A stretch of DNA of 64,000 nt from positions 7,304 to 71,303 of the forward strand of contig JAXIYC010000063.1 of NCBI GenBank assembly GCA_036304725.1, written 5' to 3'. Origin of the DNA: Collinsella sp. GTDB taxonomy: Bacteria; Actinomycetota; Coriobacteriia; Coriobacteriales; Coriobacteriaceae. Positions 9,647-17,743 of the stretch are shown here, in pieces; the first letter of the stretch is position 1, and each line of letters begins with the position of its first letter. The notes under the pieces are model-generated. The model saw only the letters and a list, made by a program, of their open reading frames with translations. It was not told where the DNA came from and did no database searches. Position numbers and translations under genes: made by a program.

Positions 9647-10477
9647 ATGACCAACCAGGAGCTGGCGAAGGTCGCCAATGAGGTCAGGAAGGGTGTCGTG
9701 ACTGCGGTTCACGCGGCCAAGTCGGGACATCCGGGTGGATCGCTCGGTGCTGCCGACATCATGACGTATCTGTACTTTGAGGAAATGAATATCGATCCTG
9801 CTGACCCTCACAAGGCCGATCGCGATCGCTTTGTGCTCTCCAAGGGTCACGCGGCGCCGGGCCTGTATTCGGTGTTGGCAAATCGCGGCTATTTTCCCGT
9901 CGAAGAGCTCGAGACGCTCCGCCATATTGGCAGCCGACTGCAGGGCCATCCCAACATGAACGACACCCCGGGCATCGATATGTCCACCGGATCGCTCGGT
10001 CAGGGTATCTCCGCCGCGGTTGGAATGGCACTCGCCGCAAAGCACTGGGGTGACAGCTACCGCGTCTACACGTTGCTGGGCGACGGCGAGTGCGAGGAGG
10101 GCCAGGTGTGGGAGGCGGCCATGTTTGCCGGCAACCATGCGCTCGACAATCTTGTTGCCGTCGTCGACCACAACGGCTTGCAGATTGACGGCACGATCGA
10201 TGAGGTCAACTCGGCCATGCCGCTCGCTGACAAGTTCCGCGCCTTTAAGTGGCATGTGATCGAGCTAGCCGATGGCAACGACATGACACAGATTGAGGCG
10301 GCTTTCGCCGAGGCTCGTGAGGTGACCGGCGTGCCCGTCGCTATCATCGCCGAGACGGTGAAGGGCAAAGGCGTCTCCTTTATGGAGAACCAGGTTGGCT
10401 GGCATGGCAAGGCGCCCAACGATGAACAGTTTGAGCAGGCCATGGCCGAGCTTGCGGCAGCAGGAGAGGAGCTCTAA
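9647..10477 (+). CDS. transketolase, N-terminal (thiamine-diphosphate-binding) subunit
   Basis: HPGGSLGAADI, GDGECEEGQVWEA, and a size typical of the split transketolase family. Confidence 0.9.
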   Translation: MTNQELAKVANEVRKGVVTAVHAAKSGHPGGSLGAADIMTYLYFEEMNIDPADPHKADRDRFVLSKGHAAPGLYSVLANRGYFPVEELETLRHIGSRLQGHPNMNDTPGIDMSTGSLGQGISAAVGMALAAKHWGDSYRVYTLLGDGECEEGQVWEAAMFAGNHALDNLVAVVDHNGLQIDGTIDEVNSAMPLADKFRAFKWHVIELADGNDMTQIEAAFAEAREVTGVPVAIIAETVKGKGVSFMENQVGWHGKAPNDEQFEQAMAELAAAGEEL

Positions 10478-11415
10478 TGGCAGAGGTCAAAAAAGTCGCC
10501 ACGCGCGTAAGCTACGGCGAGGCGCTCGTCGAGCTGGGCAATGAGCACGATGACTTTGTAGTGCTCGATGCCGACCTGGCTGCCGCTACGCAGACGGGTA
10601 AGTTTAAGGCTGCGCACCCTGAGCGCTTCTACGATGCCGGCATTGCCGAGAGCAACTTGATGGGGCTCGCCGCCGGCATTGCGACCACGGGCCACGTCGC
10701 CTTTGCGAGCACCTTTGCCATGTTCGCCGCCGGCCGCGCGTACGAACAAGTGCGTAATTCCATTGGCTATCCGCACCTCAACGTCAAAATCGGTGCCACG
10801 CATGCGGGTATCTCGGTCGGTGAAGACGGCGCCACGCATCAGTGCTGCGAGGACATCGCGCTCATGCGCACGATCCCGGGTATGACGGTAATCGTTCCCG
10901 CCGATGACATCGAGGCTCGCGCTTGCGTGCGCGCCGCCTATGAGTTCGAGGGACCGGTCTACATGCGCTTCGGACGCCTGGCAACGCCGGTCATTAACGA
11001 TCACGAGGACTATGAGTTCAAGATTGGTCGCGGCGTGGTCGTGCGCGAGGGGTCCGATGTGACCATCATCGCTTGTGGCCTTATGGTCGCCGAGGCGCTT
11101 GAGGCTGCCGAGGCGCTCGCTGCCGATGGTATCGATGCCGAGGTCATCAATATGCACACGATCAAGCCGCTTGATGAGCGCCTGGTGGTTGCCAGCGCCA
11201 AGAAGACCGGTCGTGTGGTCACTGCCGAGGAGCATTCGATTATCGGTGGTCTTGGCGAGGCCGTGGCCTCGGTGCTCGCGGAGCAGCATCCGGTGCCGAT
11301 GCGTCGCGTCGGCGTGCGCGATGTGTATGGCGAGTCCGGCCCTGCGGTCGATTTGCTGCACAAGTACGGTTTGGACGCCGACGGCATCGAAGCTGCGGTC
11401 AGGTCCGTGTTGTAA
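10477..11415 (+). CDS. transketolase, C-terminal (pyrimidine-binding) subunit
   Basis: FYDAGIAESNLMG and GATHQCCEDIALMR motifs. The start overlaps the upstream stop (TAATG at 10475-10479). Confidence 0.9.
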   Translation: MAEVKKVATRVSYGEALVELGNEHDDFVVLDADLAAATQTGKFKAAHPERFYDAGIAESNLMGLAAGIATTGHVAFASTFAMFAAGRAYEQVRNSIGYPHLNVKIGATHAGISVGEDGATHQCCEDIALMRTIPGMTVIVPADDIEARACVRAAYEFEGPVYMRFGRLATPVINDHEDYEFKIGRGVVVREGSDVTIIACGLMVAEALEAAEALAADGIDAEVINMHTIKPLDERLVVASAKKTGRVVTAEEHSIIGGLGEAVASVLAEQHPVPMRRVGVRDVYGESGPAVDLLHKYGLDADGIEAAVRSVL

Positions 11416-11426
11416 GGAAGGTTTCC

Positions 11427-11879
11427 ATGGGATTTGTATCTGCCAACCAAGTGACAATCGGGTATACCGCCGCCTCGCGCGAGGACGCCCTACATTATTT
11501 GTCCGAGCAGGCCATCGAGCTCGGCTTTGCCGATGACGCATCTGCCGTAGAGGCCGCCTTCATTGCTCGCGAGAACGAGGCCGAGACCGGCCTTGTCGCC
11601 GGTTTTGCCGTTCCGCATGCCAAAAGCGACGCGATCCACACGCCGGGCGTTGCCGTGCTTAAACTGACCGAGCCCGTTGAATGGCCGAGCTTCGATGGGG
11701 TGCCCGTCGATGTTGCGCTCGCGCTGTACGTGCCTGCCGGCGAGGCTGGAACCACGCATCTGCGCCTGCTCTCCAAGGCTGCCGTAATGCTGATGGACGC
11801 CGGCTTCCGCGACAAGGTGCGCGCGAGCACCGATCCCGTTGAGATTGCGGAGCTCATCAATAGCGGACTCGAAGACTAG
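11427..11879 (+). CDS. PTS EIIA component (fructose/mannitol EIIA-2 type)
   Basis: 150 aa, with GFAVPHAKS (phospho-His context) and the usual EIIA-2 layout. Confidence 0.85.
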   Translation: MGFVSANQVTIGYTAASREDALHYLSEQAIELGFADDASAVEAAFIARENEAETGLVAGFAVPHAKSDAIHTPGVAVLKLTEPVEWPSFDGVPVDVALALYVPAGEAGTTHLRLLSKAAVMLMDAGFRDKVRASTDPVEIAELINSGLED

Positions 11880-11922
11880 AACGGTCATCCCGTTCAATCA
11901 ATCGATCCTTCTCCAAGGAAAA

Positions 11923-11964
11923 GGGCCGCGACGCCATATAGGTGTCGCGGCCCTGTTTGCGTTT
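11923..11964 (+). terminator. intrinsic terminator ending the PTS/transketolase operon
   Basis: Stem GGGCCGCGACGCC / GGTGTCGCGGCCC with loop ATATA, followed by TGTTTGCGTTT. Confidence 0.8.
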
Positions 11965-12010
11965 CCCCAGATAAAACCTGCCAAAATAAACCTATCCCTT
12001 TTTGGCAGGC
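11965..12010 (+). repeat. 45-nt hairpin repeat family, copy A
   Basis: CCCCAGATAAAACCTGCCAAAATAAACCTATCCCTTTTTGGCAGGC, with stem ACCTGCCAAAA / TTTTGGCAGG. Confidence 0.9.
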
Positions 12011-12082
12011 TAATCGTGAGTTATTTCACCGCAACTTAGGGCACGGTTAGGAAGTGTGCACCTTAAAGAGTGGAGCCCTTGA

Positions 12083-12253
12083 TTAGAGAGGTCGCGCTCA
12101 TCTCTCTAAATGTCTCTCTAAAGAGAAGGTTGGTTAGAGAGATAGCATTAGGCAATCTAGCAGCGAATTCGATACATCTCTCTTAATGTCTCTCTAAAAC
12201 AAGGCGCTTATCTCTCTAAAGTTAGAGAGATAAGCGCCTTGTTTTAGAGAGAC
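12083..12253. repeat. dense array of nine TTAGAGAG / CTCTCTAA octamers in both orientations, AT-rich and noncoding
   Basis: Octamers start near 12083, 12101, 12113, 12134, 12177 (variant), 12189, 12211, 12222 and 12244. It includes a 25-nt direct repeat CATCTCTCT(A/T)AATGTCTCTCTAAA at 12099-12123 and 12175-12199. Confidence 0.9.
12188..12253. repeat. perfect 66-bp palindrome (32-bp arms, 2-nt centre)
   Basis: GTCTCTCTAAAACAAGGCGCTTATCTCTCTAA-AG-TTAGAGAGATAAGCGCCTTGTTTTAGAGAGAC. I verified the arms as exact reverse complements. Confidence 0.95.
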
Positions 12254-12440
12254 GGAATGCCAAAATTCGTCCGTCAGCTACCATCTGCCAAAAATGACGG
12301 ATAAAGGGCTCATCGAAGTAATGGGTTCATCGACGAGCCGCAACCGCCGCTATCGGAAGAAGTAGATGCAGCCGAATTGCCCCTCTATCGTCTCTCGAAG
12401 TTTGATGGGTGCTAGAGGGGCGACTGCCTCGCGATATTTT

Positions 12441-12486
12441 CCCAAGATAAAACCCGCCAAAACAAACCTGTCCCTTATTGACAGGT
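12441..12486 (+). repeat. 45-nt hairpin repeat family, copy B (degenerate)
   Basis: CCCAAGATAAAACCCGCCAAAACAAACCTGTCCCTTATTGACAGGT. It has the same orientation as copy A, and the stem is partly eroded. Confidence 0.8.
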
Positions 12487-12569
12487 CAGTTAACGCAGTC
12501 CAGGTTGAGCATATGTGCCCGGAGCCCGCGCGGCGCCGAGCAGTTACGCCGTTTGTAAAACGGCGTAAT

Positions 12570-13448
12570 CTAAAGGTTCATGTTGCCGTGGATGTAGGGG
12601 GTGACCTCGGGGGAGATATGGTCGCAGCCCAGCTCGCGCAGCGCGGACTCGATAACGGCGGGCAGCGGGGTTTTGCCCTCGGCATCGACGGCGTTGCCAC
12701 CGAGGGCAGCAATCTTGGCGACATCTGCGGGTGCGGCCTCGATATGCATGCAGCCGCCGACCAGGCGTGCGCGGACCTGAGCCAAGTCAAGATCGTGCAG
12801 GTAATCCTCGCAGGCGCGGATTAAATCGACCTTCTCGCGCGTAAGCTCCTCGCCCGTGGGGACGCGGGTGGCAAGACATGCTCCCGCCGGCAGGTTCCAA
12901 ACGGGATAGCCCCATGCGCGCAGCAGCTCGCGCTCTTCGTCCTTGGTAAAGCCGACCTCCATAAGGGGTGAGCGTACGCCGAGCTCTTCTGCCGCACGCA
13001 TGCCGGGGCGGTAGTCACCGCGATCGCTTGCATTGCTGCCATCGATGACGGTGGGAAAGCCGAGCGACTTGGCGTGGTTGACGATGGCGGTAAAGCCGGC
13101 GTGCTTGCAGTGGTAGCAGCGATTAGCATCGTTGCAGGCTACTTGGGGGAGCTGCAACTGATCCACCGAAAGATTGAGCACGGGGAGCTTAAAATGCGGC
13201 CCCTCATTGGCTTGTCCATCAACGGACCGCTCAAACGAAGCCTGTTCGGGCGTGCCGATGAGCGGCGTGGTGAGATGGACGAGGAGGGTATTGGTAGGCA
13301 TGATGCGGGCGCATACGGCGGCCAAAAAGCTGCTGTCAACGCCGCCGGAAAACCCGATAGCCACGCGTCCGTATGCCAAAAGCAGCTGTTCGAGCGCCGA
13401 TAGCTTGTCTTGAAGCTCCTCTGCGGGTGCCGTGGTGTCTAAAATCAT
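12570..13448 (-). CDS. LarE-like PP-loop ATP pyrophosphatase (adenine nucleotide alpha-hydrolase superfamily)
   Basis: PP-loop motif SGGVDSS near the N-terminus. About 290 aa, and the architecture matches the LarE/TIGR00268-type family. Confidence 0.75.
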   Translation of the reverse strand: MILDTTAPAEELQDKLSALEQLLLAYGRVAIGFSGGVDSSFLAAVCARIMPTNTLLVHLTTPLIGTPEQASFERSVDGQANEGPHFKLPVLNLSVDQLQLPQVACNDANRCYHCKHAGFTAIVNHAKSLGFPTVIDGSNASDRGDYRPGMRAAEELGVRSPLMEVGFTKDEERELLRAWGYPVWNLPAGACLATRVPTGEELTREKVDLIRACEDYLHDLDLAQVRARLVGGCMHIEAAPADVAKIAALGGNAVDAEGKTPLPAVIESALRELGCDHISPEVTPYIHGNMNL

Positions 13449-13621
13449 GAAACGATCCTTATCGTTGAGTACTCGATCGAAAACTATAATCCTAATGCGT
13501 TACTTGCCATAAGACTTCTATCTGTGTAACGAAAGTGCAATATGGCATATACGTTATATACAAGTTGCCAAATGCGGTAGAGTTGCAGCAACGCGACAGC
13601 GAGAGTCGATGGGGGACCGAT

Positions 13622-14272
13622 ATGATCAAGGCTGTTATTTTTGACATGGATGGAACGCTGGTCGATACCGAGCGTTTGGGGATTAAGGCCTGGAAGGCAG
13701 GCGCCGCTGAGCTGGGGCTCGCGATTGATGAAGCGCTGATCCATCAGTTTATCGGCCGCACGCTGCCCGATGTTATGGACATCCTCGATAAGCATTACGG
13801 CAGCCACGAAACCACCGAGGCGATCTATCGTCGCCACAAGGAGATTCGCGACGAGATGGTCAAGACCGAACTGGAACTTAAGGCCGGTGCCGCCGAGTGC
13901 CTAGACGAGCTGCTGGCTGCGGGCTATCACGTGGGTCTAGCGACGTCGTCGCGCCTCGTTACGGCCGAGCGCAACCTTAAGATGGTCGGTCTTTTTGACA
14001 AGTTTGAAACGGTAACGTGTGGCGAGGACGTCGTGCACGGCAAGCCCGACCCCGAGATGTATCTGCTCGCCTGCGAGCGCGCGGGCTTTGCTCCCGAGGA
14101 ATGTGCCGTGGTCGAGGATTCGCGCAACGGCTGCGTCTCGGGCATTACGGCCGGCTGCCATGTCTTTGCCGTCCCCGATATCGTGCCGCTGCCGCAGGAC
14201 GTGGTGGATGGCTGCGAGGCCGTGCTCGATACGTTGTTCGATCTGGCGGCGGCGGTCAAGGCCGTGCGCTAG
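13622..14272 (+). CDS. HAD-IA family hydrolase (beta-phosphoglucomutase-like phosphatase)
   Basis: Motif I is FDMDGTLVDTE, and a later motif is EDSRNG. ATG at 13622. Confidence 0.85.
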   Translation: MIKAVIFDMDGTLVDTERLGIKAWKAGAAELGLAIDEALIHQFIGRTLPDVMDILDKHYGSHETTEAIYRRHKEIRDEMVKTELELKAGAAECLDELLAAGYHVGLATSSRLVTAERNLKMVGLFDKFETVTCGEDVVHGKPDPEMYLLACERAGFAPEECAVVEDSRNGCVSGITAGCHVFAVPDIVPLPQDVVDGCEAVLDTLFDLAAAVKAVR

Positions 14273-14385
14273 ACAATTGCGGCGTTAAAACGAGCAATTG
14301 CTTACGTTTGCGCTTAAACAAAAGGGATCCGGCAATGGTCGGGCCTCTTTTGCTTGAGCGGCGACTTAGCATACTTGCGGGCGTG

Positions 14386-15498
14386 CTATAGATACGCGCC
14401 GAGGTTGATGGCCGTGGCGTCGGTCTGGCTGCTTGCCTGGGTGCTGGCGCGTTCCAGCAGGAACGGCCGCACGAGTTCTTGGCGGTTGATGTCCTCCGCG
14501 GTGGTGGCTGCGGTGACGGTGCGCGCTGCAGAGCCGACGTGGATATGCTTGGTCTTTGTCGGGACCTTGTTCTCGATTTGCTCCATGAGCAGTTGGACAC
14601 CCTTGCGGCCAATCTCGTAGCCCGGGGGCGCTACCGTAGTGAGCGGGACCGATCCGCTCCAAGCGAGCGGGTTGCCGTCGCATCCGGCCACGCGAACCTG
14701 CTCGGGGACGGAGATGCCTTTGTCGACCAATGCCGAGATAACGCCCGAGGCCAGCACGTCGGTCAGGCCGACGACAAAATCGGGGCGTTCGTCGGCAGGG
14801 CGCCCGGCAATCTGAGCACCAATACTGTAGCCGTCGGCTGCGGTATTCCACTCTCCGGCGTCAATGACTTCAATTTTGATATCGGGATGCAGGGCGAGAG
14901 CCTTGTGAATGCCAAGTACGCGCAGGGTGAGCTGCATGAATGCCGCTCTGCCCACAACGGTGATATGGCGTGCGCCGCGGGCGATGGCGAGCTCGGCGAT
15001 AATGCGCCCCTGCGCCTCGTTGTCGGCCGCTACGTAGTAGCCGGGCGCGGAGCAATGGATGTCCAGGTGGACAATCGGCACGGGCATCTTGGTCATAGCG
15101 GGGTGCCAGTCGGGGGATGCCATGGGCTGAACCATGACGCCGGACATTTGCGTGCCCATAAAGTAACGCAGGTAATGGTCCTGGAGAATATCGTCGTTAT
15201 CGGCGTTGGCGATGAGTAGGTCGTAACCGTGCTTGCGGGCCTCGTTATGGGCGCCGCTGGCAATTTGAAGCGAAAAACCGTGGTCGAGACGGGGGAGCAC
15301 CAAGCCAAAGGACTTGGTGGCGCCGCCCGCGAGCTGACGAGCGCTTTGGTTGGGCAGGTAGCCAAGGCGATTGATGGTCTCGTTAATGAGCTTGAGGGTC
15401 TCGGGGCGCAGCTTTTCGGGATGGTTGAGCGCGTTGGAAACCGTGCCCAACGAAACCCCGGCTTCGCGCGCGACGTCGCTGATTTTAACCTTTGCCAT
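14386..15498 (-). CDS. LacI family transcriptional regulator
   Basis: MAKVKISDVAREAGVSLGTVSNALN HTH plus a sugar-binding domain. The internal ATG at 15498 is the start; the track start at 15717 reads through intergenic repeats. Confidence 0.88.
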   Translation of the reverse strand: MAKVKISDVAREAGVSLGTVSNALNHPEKLRPETLKLINETINRLGYLPNQSARQLAGGATKSFGLVLPRLDHGFSLQIASGAHNEARKHGYDLLIANADNDDILQDHYLRYFMGTQMSGVMVQPMASPDWHPAMTKMPVPIVHLDIHCSAPGYYVAADNEAQGRIIAELAIARGARHITVVGRAAFMQLTLRVLGIHKALALHPDIKIEVIDAGEWNTAADGYSIGAQIAGRPADERPDFVVGLTDVLASGVISALVDKGISVPEQVRVAGCDGNPLAWSGSVPLTTVAPPGYEIGRKGVQLLMEQIENKVPTKTKHIHVGSAARTVTAATTAEDINRQELVRPFLLERASTQASSQTDATAINLGAYL

Positions 15499-15565
15499 AG
15501 CGGCCCCTTTGATGCGTTTCAAGTACAAGCCAGATTGTAGCATCGCCCGCCCCTGGGGTGTCAAA

Positions 15566-15611
15566 ACCTGCCAATTAGGGACAGGTTTATTTTGGCAGGT
15601 TTTATCTGGGG
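15566..15611 (-). repeat. 45-nt hairpin repeat family, copy C (inverted orientation)
   Basis: The reverse complement reads CCCCAGATAAAACCTGCCAAAATAAACCTGTCCCTAATTGGCAGGT. Confidence 0.9.
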
Positions 15612-15630
15612 AAACGCCGTTGCCAGCGCG

Positions 15631-15665
15631 ACCACCACGAAGGTGCCTGTCCCCATTGTGGTGGT
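15631..15665. repeat. CCACCAC-AAGG-TGCCTGTCCC hairpin (related to 45654-45691)
   Basis: ACCACCACGAAGGTGCCTGTCCCCATTGTGGTGGT, with the same loop core (CCTGTCCC) as the 45654 copy. Confidence 0.8.
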
Positions 15666-15826
15666 TTGGATCGGCTGGACGTGTGTGCATCGGGTGGTAT
15701 CTAAGTTGAGATACCACTTCTGGTATATCAGCTTGCGTTTGCGTGAGTACAATACTCGAACGTTATACGTCTCAGCGCCCCTGTGCGTGGACGTCTTGCA
15801 GTCACGCGAACGAAGGGATTTATCCT

Positions 15827-17674
15827 ATGTGCGGAATCGTCGGCTACACCGGCTCTGATATTGCAAAGAACATCCTGGTCACGGGCCTCAAGCGTATGGA
15901 GTATCGCGGCTATGACTCCTCGGGCGTCGCGCTCGAGGTGGGCGAGGGCGCCGCGGCGCACCTCGATGTCATCCGCCGCGTGGGCAAGGTCGCGGGCTTG
16001 GAGAGCGAGCTTTCCAACATCGACAGCGACGCTACCTGCGGTATCGGCCACACCCGTTGGGCCACCCACGGCAAGCCCTCTGTCGTTAACGCTCACCCCC
16101 ACACCAGCTGCGACGGTCGTATCGCCATCGTCCACAACGGCATCATCGAGAACTTCGCCGAGCTGCGCGAAGAGCTGGAGGGTCGCGGCCACCACTTTAA
16201 GAGCGAGACCGATACCGAGGTCTTCGCGCATCTGATCGAAGAGGCTTATGCCGAGACGCACGACCTGATGGCCTCCGTGCGCGAGGCGTGCACCCACGTG
16301 GTCGGTGCCTATGGTCTGGCCGCCGTGTGCGCTGACGAGCCCGGCGTGATCGCCGTGGCCCGCAAGGATTCCCCGATCGTGGTCGGCGCGGGCGAGACCG
16401 GCTCCTATGTTGCTTCCGATGTCATCGCGCTCATCGACGCCACCCGCGATGTCGTGGTGCTCGAGGACGGTCAGTTTGCCAAGCTCACGCCCGCAGGCGT
16501 CGAGTACACCGACGAGGCCGGCAACGTTATCGAGCCCAAGGTCACCCACATCGATTGGGACCTGGACATGGCAGAAAAAGGCGGTTATCCCGACTTTATG
16601 CTCAAGGAGATTCACGAGCAGCCGCGCGTCGTGCGCGACACGCTGGTTGGTCGTATGACGCCGGCCGGCGAGCTCGACATCGACGAGCTGGGCCTTTCGC
16701 TCGAGGAGCTCAACGACATCGACCGCGTCTACGTGATCGCTTGCGGCACCAGCTATCACGCTGGCCTCATTGCCAAGAATCTCATTGAGGGCTGGGCTCG
16801 CATCCCCACCGAGGTGGAGGCGGCCAGCGAGTTCCGCTATCGCAACCCCATCATCACGCCGACGACGCTCGTCGTGGCCGTGTCCCAGTCGGGCGAGACG
16901 GCCGACACTCTCGCCGCCATCCGCGATGCGCGCATCAAGGGTGCCAAGGTCTTCGGCATCACCAACGTGGTGGGCAGCCCCGTGGCGCGTGAGAGCGACG
17001 GCGTCATCTACACCAAGGCCAACAAGGAGATCGCGGTCGCCTCGACCAAGAGCTTCATCGGCCAGGTTGTGAGCCTGACGCTGCTGGCCCTGCTGCTGGC
17101 GCAGGTCAAGTACCGCTTGACCACCAAGCAGGCGCGCATGCTGTTCCGCGAGCTTTCCGATACGGCCGAGCAGATCCAGTGGATTTTGGATACCCAAACC
17201 GAGGCCGTTCATGAGGCCGCCCTGCTGTGCAAGGACGCGCAGTCCGCACTGTTTGTGGGTCGCGGCATGGGTGCCGCTATTTCCTACGAGGGCGCGCTCA
17301 AGCTCAAAGAGGTCAGCTACCTGCACGCCGAGGCATATGCCGCCGGTGAGATGAAGCACGGCCCCATTGCCCTGATCGACCTGGGCTTCCCTGTCATCGC
17401 TGTGGCCACCAAGAGTGCCACCTACGACAAGACCGTGTCGAACCTTATGGAGTGCAAGGCGCGCGGTGCCAAGGTCATCGTCGTTGCCACCGAGGGCGAC
17501 GAGGAGATCAACAAGATCGCCGACTGCATTATCCGCGTGCCAGCAGTCCGCGACGTGTTCAGCCCCATCACGGCGAGCGTCCCGCTGCAGCTGCTCGCCC
17601 GCGAGGTCGCCATCCTGCGCGGCTGCGACGTCGACCAGCCCCGCAACCTGGCGAAAAGCGTCACGGTCGAGTAG
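15827..17674 (+). CDS. glmS: glutamine--fructose-6-phosphate aminotransferase (isomerizing)
   Basis: The product starts MCGIVGY (N-terminal nucleophile Cys), has two SIS domains, and ends in the conserved KSVTVE. Confidence 0.95.
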   Translation: MCGIVGYTGSDIAKNILVTGLKRMEYRGYDSSGVALEVGEGAAAHLDVIRRVGKVAGLESELSNIDSDATCGIGHTRWATHGKPSVVNAHPHTSCDGRIAIVHNGIIENFAELREELEGRGHHFKSETDTEVFAHLIEEAYAETHDLMASVREACTHVVGAYGLAAVCADEPGVIAVARKDSPIVVGAGETGSYVASDVIALIDATRDVVVLEDGQFAKLTPAGVEYTDEAGNVIEPKVTHIDWDLDMAEKGGYPDFMLKEIHEQPRVVRDTLVGRMTPAGELDIDELGLSLEELNDIDRVYVIACGTSYHAGLIAKNLIEGWARIPTEVEAASEFRYRNPIITPTTLVVAVSQSGETADTLAAIRDARIKGAKVFGITNVVGSPVARESDGVIYTKANKEIAVASTKSFIGQVVSLTLLALLLAQVKYRLTTKQARMLFRELSDTAEQIQWILDTQTEAVHEAALLCKDAQSALFVGRGMGAAISYEGALKLKEVSYLHAEAYAAGEMKHGPIALIDLGFPVIAVATKSATYDKTVSNLMECKARGAKVIVVATEGDEEINKIADCIIRVPAVRDVFSPITASVPLQLLAREVAILRGCDVDQPRNLAKSVTVE

Positions 17675-17700
17675 TTGGTTCCGCCGTTCTAGCGACTAAG

Positions 17701-17742
17701 GCCCGGCTCCGCATCAAGACGGAGCCGGGCCTTGTTGCATTT
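17701..17742 (+). terminator. probable intrinsic terminator after glmS
   Basis: Stem GCCCGGCTCCG / CGGAGCCGGGC followed by a weak U-tract CTTGTTGCATTT. Confidence 0.55.
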
Positions 17743-17743
17743 G

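Noticed and set aside
12099-12253. Possible CRISPR array, from 25-nt direct repeats with a ~51-nt spacer.
   Set aside because: There are only two repeat units. The repeats are built from the same octamer found in both orientations throughout the region, a palindrome overlaps the second unit, and no cas genes or leader are present in the window.
12294-12365. 23-codon mini-ORF (MTDKGLIEVMGSSTSRNRRYRKK) inside the AT-rich segment, considered as a possible type I toxin or leader peptide.
   Set aside because: It has no Shine-Dalgarno sequence. The peptide is basic and hydrophilic rather than hydrophobic, and nothing supports it beyond an ATG and a stop.
12366-12824. 152-aa plus-strand ORF beginning in the intergenic region.
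   Set aside because: It translates repeat copy B and then runs antisense into the well-supported larE-like gene, with no motifs.
15772-15826. Possible glmS ribozyme, because AGCGCC occurs upstream of glmS.
   Set aside because: Only ~50 nt separate this hexamer from the start codon. The ribozyme core needs ~150 nt or more with conserved P2-P4 elements, and none is recognisable in 15499-15826.
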